A stretch of 64,000 bases of DNA, taken from NCBI GenBank assembly GCA_037127835.1, contig JBAXXS010000001.1, positions 5,275-69,274 on the forward strand, read 5' to 3'. Both the position numbers and the translations under genes were made by a program. Shown here in pieces: positions 52,227-64,000 of the stretch. The stretch comes from Verrucomicrobiota bacterium. GTDB lineage: Bacteria > Verrucomicrobiota > Verrucomicrobiia > Chthoniobacterales > UBA6821. The notes under the pieces are model-generated. The model was not told the origin of the DNA and did no database searches. It saw only the letters and a list, made by a program, of their open reading frames with translations. The stretch's first letter is position 1, and every line of letters starts with the position of its first letter.

Positions 52227-52652
52227 ATGGCCAAAGAAATCACAGGACAGATCAAACTTCAGATCCCAGCCGGACAGGCCAATCCAGCCCCTCCGGTAGG
52301 GCCCGCACTTGGTCAGCAGGGTGTCAACATCATGGCCTTCTGTAAGGAGTTCAATGCCGCAACGCAGAAACAGGCCGGCGATATCCTGCCCGTCGTCATC
52401 ACTGTCTATAAGGACAAATCCTTCACTTTCATCACCAAGCAGCCTCCCTCCGGAGTGCTCCTCAAGAAGGCAGCGGGTATCGCTTCCGGTTCCAAAGAGC
52501 CGAACAAGGTCAAGGTGGCCAAGCTCACCAAGAAACAGGTCATGGATCTCGTGAAGATCAAGATGAAGGACATGAATGCCAACAGTGAGGAGGCCGCCTT
52601 CCGTACCCTCTGTGGTACCGCCCGCCAGATGGGTATTGAGATAGAAGCATAA
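52227..52652 (+). CDS. rplK: 50S ribosomal protein L11
   Basis: 141 aa, with [36 protein letters not shown]. Confidence 0.97.
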   Translation: MAKEITGQIKLQIPAGQANPAPPVGPALGQQGVNIMAFCKEFNAATQKQAGDILPVVITVYKDKSFTFITKQPPSGVLLKKAAGIASGSKEPNKVKVAKLTKKQVMDLVKIKMKDMNANSEEAAFRTLCGTARQMGIEIEA

Positions 52653-52709
52653 TTTTTAACAAAAAACCAACCGCAGGAGGTCTTCGGACCGCTTGAACTG
52701 CAACACAAC

Positions 52710-53411
52710 ATGCAAAACACCCGTAGCAAACGTTATCGCGCCGCCAATGAGCTCGTTGAGCAAGGGCGCAAATATCCTTTGAGCGACGCCCTGAGCGTCC
52801 TCAAGAAGATGCCTCCCACCAAGTTCGACCAGACGGTCACCGTCTCGATGCGCCTTGGTGTTGACCCCAAGCAGAGCGACCAGATGGTCCGTGGCACATG
52901 CCCTCTGCCCCATGGTAGCGGCAAGAATGTCCGCGTCCTTGTCTTTGCAACGGGTGCAGCCGCTACAGCAGCTCAGGAAGCAGGAGCCGAGTTTGTTGGT
53001 TTTGATGATCTTCTCAAGAAAGTCCAAGGCGGATTTTCCGACTTCGATGTCGCCATCGCGACCCCAGCAGCGATGACCGAGGTTCGTAAGCTCGGTAAGG
53101 TTCTTGGACCCCGTGGTCTGATGCCTAATCCCAAGACCGGAACGGTCAGCGATGACACCGCCAAGGCTGTTCTAGAAGTGAAGGCTGGTCGCGTCGAGTT
53201 TAAGCTCGATAAGAACGGCAACATCGCCGTTCCTGTCGGCAAGTTCTCCTTCAGTGAGTCACAACTTCTCGACAACGGTCGCGCCGTGATCGAGGCGGTT
53301 ATCAAGTCTCGCCCGGCAACTGCCAAGGGTGCCTATGTCGAGTCTCTGACAATCGCTGCCACGATGTTGCCTGGCATTCTTGTGGATGCAACCCCCTTCC
53401 TGAAGAACTAA
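52710..53411 (+). CDS. rplA: 50S ribosomal protein L1
   Basis: 233 aa, with [31 protein letters not shown] and [15 protein letters not shown]. Confidence 0.97.
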   Translation: MQNTRSKRYRAANELVEQGRKYPLSDALSVLKKMPPTKFDQTVTVSMRLGVDPKQSDQMVRGTCPLPHGSGKNVRVLVFATGAAATAAQEAGAEFVGFDDLLKKVQGGFSDFDVAIATPAAMTEVRKLGKVLGPRGLMPNPKTGTVSDDTAKAVLEVKAGRVEFKLDKNGNIAVPVGKFSFSESQLLDNGRAVIEAVIKSRPATAKGAYVESLTIAATMLPGILVDATPFLKN

Positions 53412-53447
53412 ACCCATCAACGGAACCAGGAACCTAGGACTACTACC

Positions 53448-54140
53448 ATGCGCCCCGAGAAACCAACGATCGTAGAGGACGTCAAGTTACGCCTCAACAA
53501 CTCTCCCTTCCTCATCGTCGTCGAATACGGCGGGATGAACGTGAATCACTTTGCAGAACTCCGCAACCGCCTCGGTGGCGCCGGAGCCTCGCTGACCGTC
53601 ATTAAGAACACCTTCCTCCGCCGTTCCATTAAGGACGCCGGTCTGCCTGATTTGGATGCCCACCTAGTAGGTCAGACGGCTTTTGTGGTTGGAGAGAAGG
53701 ACATCTGCGCCTCCGCAAAGATCCTCAAGACTTTTGCCGCAGAGTTTGAGAAGCCAACGATCCGTGTTGCTATCCTCGATAACTCCATCCTTGAGACCGC
53801 TCAGGTGATCGCTCTGGCTGACCTTCCTCCGAAGGAAGTCCTTCAGGCCCAACTCCTCGGTCTTCTACTCAGCCCAGCTACCAAGCTGGTGCGCACGCTC
53901 AACGAACCGGGCGCCAGTCTGGCCCGCGTTCTTGCAGCCATGGCCGAGAAGGCTCCAGCTGCCCCTGTCAAAGTGGTGGAAGCCGCCCCTGCTTCAGAAG
54001 CTCCAGAAACCCCAGTGGTCGCTGCTGTAGAGGCTCCCGCTGCTCCAGTTGCCGAAGCTGCAGCAGAAGTCCCCGCCGTGGAAGCAGCCCCTACTCCAGA
54101 AGCTGCGGAAGCTGCTCCAACGGAGGCCCCGGCCGCCTAG
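53448..54140 (+). CDS. rplJ: 50S ribosomal protein L10 with ~60-aa Ala/Pro/Glu-rich C-terminal extension
   Basis: The L10 core runs to ~residue 165 (...LVRTLNEPGASLARVLAAMAEK). A low-complexity tail follows (APAAPVKVVEAAPASEAPETPVVAAVEAPAAPVAEAAAEVPAVEAAPTPEAAEAAPTEAPAA). Confidence 0.9.
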   Translation: MRPEKPTIVEDVKLRLNNSPFLIVVEYGGMNVNHFAELRNRLGGAGASLTVIKNTFLRRSIKDAGLPDLDAHLVGQTAFVVGEKDICASAKILKTFAAEFEKPTIRVAILDNSILETAQVIALADLPPKEVLQAQLLGLLLSPATKLVRTLNEPGASLARVLAAMAEKAPAAPVKVVEAAPASEAPETPVVAAVEAPAAPVAEAAAEVPAVEAAPTPEAAEAAPTEAPAA

Positions 54141-54314
54141 GAAGCAGTCCTTACAGCCCTAATCCCAAACCTTTCAAACAAAATAATTTCTCCCGGCGTA
54201 CGAAGCCACGACGGGTGAAGGAAACACAACACGATGAACTGTCGGGCCGGCGGCTGCCGGACTCAAATGTCCTGAGGCTTCGGGACGCGACAGCATCAAA
54301 ATCCAAACAACACC

Positions 54315-54701
54315 ATGTCTGATAACACCGCAATCGTAGAACAGCTCAGTAACCTCACCGTCCTCCAGATCGCCGACCTCGTGAAGGCTCTCGAAGAGAA
54401 GTGGGGAGTGAGCGCCGCCGCTCCCGTAGCCGTCGCCGCCGCTGGTGGTGGTGCCGCAGGCGCGCCTGCCGCAGCAGCCGAAGAGAAGACCGCCTTCGAC
54501 GTGATCCTTAAGGATGTCGGATCCAACAAGATCGGCGTCATCAAGGAGGTCCGCGCCGCAGTCCCAGGACTCGGCCTCGCAGAGGCCAAGGCCCTTGTCG
54601 AGAGCGCTCCCAAGGCCATCAAGGAAGGCGCCACCAAGGAAGAGGCCGAGGAGATCAAGAAGAAGATCGAGGCCGCTGGAGCCAAGGTCGAGATCAAGTA
54701 G
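54315..54701 (+). CDS. rplL: 50S ribosomal protein L7/L12
   Basis: 128 aa with an N-terminal dimerisation helix, an Ala-rich hinge, and a C-terminal domain ([29 protein letters not shown]). Confidence 0.97.
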   Translation: MSDNTAIVEQLSNLTVLQIADLVKALEEKWGVSAAAPVAVAAAGGGAAGAPAAAAEEKTAFDVILKDVGSNKIGVIKEVRAAVPGLGLAEAKALVESAPKAIKEGATKEEAEEIKKKIEAAGAKVEIK

Positions 54702-54733
54702 TCTCCGACTACACACGCCATTTATTTCCGTTC

Positions 54734-54768
54734 ATCGTTGTCAACTGGGTTTTCCCGGTTGACACGAT
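54734..54768 (+). promoter_or_regulatory. Hairpin in the 339-bp rplL-rpoB spacer (possible attenuator)
   Basis: ATCGtTGTCAAC-(12-nt loop)-GTTGACACGAT, an 11-bp stem with one bulge and no downstream T-run. This is the position where an attenuator is known in E. coli. Function here is inference. Confidence 0.3.
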
Positions 54769-55040
54769 GGCCGGAAGGGCGTACAACGAAAAGTTCCACC
54801 TGTCCCGAGCCCTGCAACACGGTCACACGACGATTAGTCAATCACATCCCTTCGCCGCCCGCGCTGATTTCCCTGTTTCTTTTGGGGATCCCAAAGCTGG
54901 CGGCTCTTTTGCCTACCGTTTTTCCAGTTCCTCCCCGGAGTCCACAACATTCCTACCACTCTCCCTTTTCCGCCGGCGCTAGCCGGCAAAGAAAGGACCG
55001 CCATTAAGGCAACCCGTATCGCCACCCAAGATCCTGCACC

Positions 55041-58000
55041 ATGTCTGAAAGAATCAACTTCGGAAAACTCTACGAGGCCATCCAACCGCCCAACCTCATC
55101 GAACTGCAGATCAAGTCCTACGAGGAGTTTTTCCAGACAGGCGTCGAGCCCTCCAAGCGAAAGAACGTGGGCCTTCAGGCCGTCTTCCGTGAATTCTTCC
55201 CGATCTATGGCTTCGAGGAGAAATCCTCACTTGATTTTGTGAGCTATCACATGGATGAGCCGAAGACCGGTCCTTTTGAGTGCCAGATCGAGGGTGAGAC
55301 CTACAGCGCTCCCCTCTACGTCACCTTCCGGTACAAAGACGAAAAGTCCACCAAGGAAGAGAAGGTTTACATGGGAGAGATCCCTCTCATGACCAAGTCC
55401 GGAACTTTCATGGTCAATGGTGCTGAGCGCGTCGTGGTCAGCCAGCTTCACCGTTCTCCCGGTATCTGCTTTGAGTCCGACATTCACCTCAACGGAAAGT
55501 TGCTCTTTGGCTTCCGGATCATTCCCGACCGGGGTTCTTGGACCGAGGTGCAGTTCGACACGAACGACCTTCTCTATGTCTATCTGGACCGTCGCAAGCG
55601 CCGTCGTAAGTTCCTTGCGACAACCTTCCTGCGCGCACTTGGCTTCCCTACGGACGAGGAGATTGCCGCTCTCTTCTATAAGATCGAAAGCCTCAAACTA
55701 TCGGACAAACTCGACGAAGAGGAAATCAGCACCAAGGTTCTGCTCGCCGACGTCCGCGAGGGCGACGCGATTATTGCTCGCGCCTACGAGCCCCTGACTC
55801 CCGCCGTCATTCGTGATCTGATCCGCGCCGGGCACAGCTCGGTCAAGGTCATCGACACTAAGGATGACGACACCATCGTCAAGTCTCTGAAGCGCGACCC
55901 TGCCCACAGCGAGGAAGAGGCACTTAAGGACATCTACCGCAAGCTCCGTCCCGGCGATCCTCCAACAGTCCAGAATGCCCGCGGCATGCTCAAGCGTCTC
56001 TTCTTTGACTCCAAGCGCTACGACCTCGGTCGCGTTGGCCGTCACAAGATCCAGCAGAAGCTCGGCCTTGATCCCAAGATTGATGACCGCGTTCTTCGCA
56101 AGGAAGACATCGTTGAGTCGATGCGCTATCTTCTCAAGCTCCGCAAGGGCGACGGGATGCTCGACGATATCGATCACCTCGGCAGTCGCCGTGTCCGTAC
56201 GGTCGGAGAACTGCTCGCCAACCAGTGCCGCGTAGGACTCTCCCGCACGGAGCGTCTCGTCCGCGAGCGCATGGCTCTCTACGATCCTTCCGTCGATCAC
56301 ATCACGCCTCAGAAGCTTATCAATCCGAAGTCCCTGAGCGCCGTTGTGCGTGATTTCTTCGGCCGTTCCCAGCTGAGCCAGTTCATGGATCAGACGAATC
56401 CGCTCTCCGAGCTCACCCACAAGCGCCGTCTCTCGGCTCTTGGGCCTGGAGGTCTCTCCCGTGAGCGCGCTGGATTCGAGGTTCGTGACGTCCATCCGTC
56501 CCACTACGGCCGCATCTGCCCGATCGAGACCCCTGAAGGTCCGAACATCGGTTTGATCAGCTCCTTGAGCACGTACGCACGTGTGAACGACTTCGGGTTC
56601 ATTGAGACCCCGTACCGCAAGATCATCAATGGCAAGGTAACCGACGAGATCGAGTACCTCACCGGTGACCGTGACGAGAACTTCTACATTGCTCAGGCGA
56701 ATTCACCCCTCGACAGCAAGGGCAAATTCCTCGGCGAGACTGTCTCCTCGCGTTATCGCGGAGACTTCGTCGAGATCGAGCCCGAGAAGATCCAGTACAT
56801 GGATGTCTCTCCGAAGCAGCTCGTTTCCGTGGCTGCGGGTCTCATTCCCTTCCTCGAGCACGATGACGCAAACCGTGCACTCATGGGCTCGAACATGCAG
56901 CGCCAGGGTGTGCCTCTGCTTATCTCCGATGCCCCGATCATCGGGACCGGAATGGAGGGCCGCGTCGCCCGTGATTCCCGTGCGGTGATCGTTTCCGAGT
57001 CGAACGGCAAGATCGCTTCCGTGGACTCACTGCGCATCATTGTTACCAAGGATGGCGAGCTTCCCGAGGGAAAGAAAAAGATCAAGGATGATCCCGAGAA
57101 CGGTGTGCATGTCTATGACCTGCGCAAGTTCATGCGTTCCAACAGCAGTACCTGCATCAACCAGAAGCCCATCGTCAAGAAAGGCCAGGTAATCAAGAAG
57201 GGTGACGTGCTTGCAGACGGTCCGAACACGGAGAACGGAGAGCTCGCGCTCGGCCGTAATGTGCTCGTCGCCTTCATGCCCTGGAACGGTTACAACTTCG
57301 AGGACGCCATCATGATTTCCGAGCGAGTGGTCAAGGAGGATGTCTACACATCGATCCACATCGACGAGTTCGAGATTGGGGCCCGTGATACAAAGCTTGG
57401 ACCTGAGGAAATCACTCGTGACATCCCAAATGTCAGCGAGGAAGCCCTTCTGAACCTTGGACCCGACGGCGTTATACGCATCGGTGCCGAAGTGAAGCCC
57501 GGTGATATCCTTGTCGGCAAGATCACTCCGAAGAGTGAGACCGAGTTGGCTCCCGAGGAGCGCCTCCTGCGCGCCATCTTCGGTGAGAAGGCTGCCGACG
57601 TGAAGGATACCTCCCTCACCGTTCCGTCCGGAACCTACGGCATCGTCATGGATGTGCGCGTCTCCTCCAAGGAGAAGGCCGCCAAGATCAAGATGACCCC
57701 GTCCGAGTCGAAGCGTCAGCAGAAGATGATCCAAGACGACAACAAGAAGCGTAAGGAAGAACTCTTCGAGCAGCTCACGGAAGGCCTGGCCAATGTGCTC
57801 CTCGGCGAGAAGATCCCGCTCGACGTCGTCAACGGCGAGTCGGGAGAGATCATCATCCCTGCCAACCGCAAGATCACCAAGATGCTCCTGCGCAAGCTTG
57901 CCGGCGTCTACAATGTGGTCGAGATCGATCCGAGCCCGATCCGCAACAAGATCCGCGAGATCATCGGACAGTTCGAGCACCGCTTTGCCGACCTTGACAA

Positions 58001-58841
58001 CGAGAAGGAAGAGAATCTCGGCCGCGTCGAGAGCGGTGATGACGTCGATCCCGGCATCATTAAGCAGGTCAAGGTCTTCATCGCCAGCAAGCGCAAGCTC
58101 TCTGTCGGTGACAAGATGGCTGGACGCCACGGTAACAAGGGCGTCGTAGCCAAGATCGTTCCTGAAGAGGATATGCCCTTCCTTTCCGACGGTACCCCCG
58201 TCGATATCGTGCTCAACCCCCTCGGCGTGCCTAGCCGTATGAACGTCGGTCAGGTTCTCGAAACCCATCTGGGTGTCGCGGCCAAAGCCCTCGGATTCAA
58301 GGTTGCCACCCCCGTCTTCGACGGAATTCCTGAGAGCCGCATCCGCGAGTACCTCAAGGAAGCCGGTCAGAAAGAGGGATTCTCCTGGATCCAGGAGAAC
58401 GGCAAGTCGCAACTCTTCGACGGTCGTACCGGCGAAGCGTTCGATCAGGAGGTCGTTGTTGGCATCATCTACATGCTCAAGCTCGGACACCTCGTGGCCG
58501 ACAAGATCCACGCCCGTGCCGTCGGTCCCTACTCCCTCGTCACCCAGCAACCGCTCGGTGGAAAGGCTCAGTACGGAGGCCAGCGCTTCGGAGAGATGGA
58601 AGTCTGGGCGCTCGAGGCCTATGGCGCCGCTTATACGCTCCAGGAACTGCTCACCGTCAAATCCGACGACGTGCAGGGCCGCACGCGTATCTACGAGAGC
58701 ATCGTCAAGGGTGACAACTCGCTGGAGGCCGGCATCCCCGAGTCCTTCAACGTGCTCATCAAGGAAATGCAGGGACTCGGACTCGATGTCCGCGTCGGAA
58801 AAAAGGACGAAGCCCGTTCCTTCATCGATACCGCCGCTTAA
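55041..58841 (+). CDS. rpoB: DNA-directed RNA polymerase subunit beta
   Basis: 1266 aa, with [38 protein letters not shown], and the rifampicin-region sequence [30 protein letters not shown]. Confidence 0.98.
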   Translation: MSERINFGKLYEAIQPPNLIELQIKSYEEFFQTGVEPSKRKNVGLQAVFREFFPIYGFEEKSSLDFVSYHMDEPKTGPFECQIEGETYSAPLYVTFRYKDEKSTKEEKVYMGEIPLMTKSGTFMVNGAERVVVSQLHRSPGICFESDIHLNGKLLFGFRIIPDRGSWTEVQFDTNDLLYVYLDRRKRRRKFLATTFLRALGFPTDEEIAALFYKIESLKLSDKLDEEEISTKVLLADVREGDAIIARAYEPLTPAVIRDLIRAGHSSVKVIDTKDDDTIVKSLKRDPAHSEEEALKDIYRKLRPGDPPTVQNARGMLKRLFFDSKRYDLGRVGRHKIQQKLGLDPKIDDRVLRKEDIVESMRYLLKLRKGDGMLDDIDHLGSRRVRTVGELLANQCRVGLSRTERLVRERMALYDPSVDHITPQKLINPKSLSAVVRDFFGRSQLSQFMDQTNPLSELTHKRRLSALGPGGLSRERAGFEVRDVHPSHYGRICPIETPEGPNIGLISSLSTYARVNDFGFIETPYRKIINGKVTDEIEYLTGDRDENFYIAQANSPLDSKGKFLGETVSSRYRGDFVEIEPEKIQYMDVSPKQLVSVAAGLIPFLEHDDANRALMGSNMQRQGVPLLISDAPIIGTGMEGRVARDSRAVIVSESNGKIASVDSLRIIVTKDGELPEGKKKIKDDPENGVHVYDLRKFMRSNSSTCINQKPIVKKGQVIKKGDVLADGPNTENGELALGRNVLVAFMPWNGYNFEDAIMISERVVKEDVYTSIHIDEFEIGARDTKLGPEEITRDIPNVSEEALLNLGPDGVIRIGAEVKPGDILVGKITPKSETELAPEERLLRAIFGEKAADVKDTSLTVPSGTYGIVMDVRVSSKEKAAKIKMTPSESKRQQKMIQDDNKKRKEELFEQLTEGLANVLLGEKIPLDVVNGESGEIIIPANRKITKMLLRKLAGVYNVVEIDPSPIRNKIREIIGQFEHRFADLDNEKEENLGRVESGDDVDPGIIKQVKVFIASKRKLSVGDKMAGRHGNKGVVAKIVPEEDMPFLSDGTPVDIVLNPLGVPSRMNVGQVLETHLGVAAKALGFKVATPVFDGIPESRIREYLKEAGQKEGFSWIQENGKSQLFDGRTGEAFDQEVVVGIIYMLKLGHLVADKIHARAVGPYSLVTQQPLGGKAQYGGQRFGEMEVWALEAYGAAYTLQELLTVKSDDVQGRTRIYESIVKGDNSLEAGIPESFNVLIKEMQGLGLDVRVGKKDEARSFIDTAA

Positions 58842-58907
58842 ACCAAGCGACCAGGCACACGCGAAGCAGATCATACCACTCACCAAGCCAGCAGCATTCC
58901 ACTTACC

Positions 58908-63041
<4,134 letters not shown>

Positions 63042-63082
63042 TCAATTAATCAGCAACAAAGCCCTAAAAACCACGCATTCCC

Positions 63083-63823
63083 ATGTCCGTAGAAGCAATG
63101 ACCGAACTCCTCGAAGCCGGTGTCCATTATGGTCACCAGACAAAGCGCTGGAATCCCCGCATGCGGGATTTCATCCTTGAGGAGAAAAATTCCATCCACA
63201 TCATCGACCTTTCCAAGACGGTAGAGCAGCTCACCAAGGCTGGAGAATTCCTCGCCGACATCTCGGGACGCGGCGGTAAGATCCTCTTTGTAGGCTGCAA
63301 AAAGCAGGCCCAAGAGGCAGTGAAAGAGGCTGCGCAGGCCTGTGGGCAGTATTATGTCAACCAGCGTTGGCTTGGCGGCACCCTTACCAACCTAGTCACC
63401 ATTCGCAAGAGCGTCTCCAAGCTCCGTGACTTTGAGGCCCTCGAAAAGAGTGCCGGATTCAATAAGATCAACAAGGCAGAGGCCTCTGCTCTGCGTCGCG
63501 AAGCCACCCGCATCCGCCACAATCTCGAGGGAGTCCTCGACATGGATAAGCAGCCTGATGTCATCGTCATCATCGACACCGTCAAAGAGACGATTGCGGT
63601 CGCCGAGGCACGACGTCTGGGCATCCCCATCGTGGCCATTGTCGACTCCAACAGCAACCCTGAGGAGATCAACTATCCCATCGCTGGTAACGACGACGCG
63701 ATCCGCGCAATCCGCATCATTCTTCAAAAGCTGGTCGACGTGATCGCCAAGTCCCGTGTTGGTGCCCGAGCCCCTATCGTTGCTCCCACTGAGACCGAAG
63801 AGCTTGTTGCCGTGGCTGAATAA
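63083..63823 (+). CDS. rpsB: 30S ribosomal protein S2
   Basis: 246 aa, with LLEAGVHYGHQTKRWNPRM, FVGCKKQAQ, RWLGGTLTN and VAIVDSNSNPEEINYPIAGNDDAIR. Confidence 0.97.
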   Translation: MSVEAMTELLEAGVHYGHQTKRWNPRMRDFILEEKNSIHIIDLSKTVEQLTKAGEFLADISGRGGKILFVGCKKQAQEAVKEAAQACGQYYVNQRWLGGTLTNLVTIRKSVSKLRDFEALEKSAGFNKINKAEASALRREATRIRHNLEGVLDMDKQPDVIVIIDTVKETIAVAEARRLGIPIVAIVDSNSNPEEINYPIAGNDDAIRAIRIILQKLVDVIAKSRVGARAPIVAPTETEELVAVAE

Positions 63824-63884
63824 GTCAGGACCGAAGCAACTCGTTTACCTTTACCAACCGTTCCTAGATTAACCGCTTATAACA

Positions 63885-64000
63885 ATGGCTGATATCACAC
63901 CAGCAATCGTCAAGGCTCTCCGCGAGAAGACCAACGCCGGCATGATGGACTGCAAACGCGCGCTCACCGAGGCGGGCGGCGACATCGAGAAGGCCGAGTC
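63885..64000 (+). CDS. tsf: Elongation factor Ts, N-terminal fragment (runs off the 3' window edge)
   Basis: I translated this by hand: [38 protein letters not shown], which is the UBA-like N-terminal domain signature of EF-Ts. Confidence 0.9.
   Translation, partial: MADITPAIVKALREKTNAGMMDCKRALTEAGGDIEKAE

Noticed and set aside
54738-55007. ORFs of 71-89 aa in the rplL-rpoB spacer, and the 180/141-aa minus-strand ORFs over rplL (54174-54721).
   Set aside because: They have no motifs and a Pro/Ser/Arg-rich composition. The spacer is the usual non-coding rplL-rpoB leader or attenuator region, and the minus-strand ORFs are antisense to rplL.

Overview
This is a densely coded chromosomal window from a diderm bacterium, roughly 55-58% GC by eye. 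BamA, Skp, LpxD, KdsB, heptose-pathway genes and Lgt are all present. I support about 55 CDS, 2 tRNAs, no rRNA, no CRISPR array, and no transposase, integrase, phage or recognisable defence genes. Most of the content is housekeeping:
- ligA 3' end, argD, yggS
- a 2-oxoacid dehydrogenase E1alpha/E1beta/E2 operon
- lgt, and kdsB-gmhB-heptose kinase
- phoH plus a 7TM-HD hydrolase
- bamA-skp-lpxD, and gyrA
- rpmG-rpsR
- hisS, aspS, apaG, glgX, hemB
- two tandem L,D-transpeptidases
- a phosphohexomutase
- rplK-rplA-rplJ-rplL-rpoB-rpoC-rpsB-tsf

Protein style and the near absence of Shine-Dalgarno sequences suggest a PVC/Verrucomicrobia-like organism. I cannot verify that without a database search.

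The parts worth a second look are:
1. A serine-palmitoyltransferase-like / N-acyltransferase-like / extended-SDR operon next to tRNA-Pro, a candidate ceramide-type lipid pathway. Its first two genes overlap out of frame by 146 nt.
2. A translationally coupled pair: a GT4 glycosyltransferase fused to a large C-terminal domain, and a long GH130-like protein.
3. Both tRNA genes are followed by duplicated copies of their own 3' ends. At tRNA-Glu this forms a 136-bp tandem array.
4. Intergenic long-loop hairpins whose arms are tandem 7-8-mers. They sit right after stop codons and are linked to a recurrent TTCATCC(C) box upstream of start codons.
5. A DksA/TraR-type protein with a histone-H1-like lysine/alanine tail, next to a cysteine-less L33 gene that the ORF track missed.
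6. Two tail-anchored coiled-coil proteins downstream of yggS.

All functional calls come from reading motifs by eye. No searches were run.
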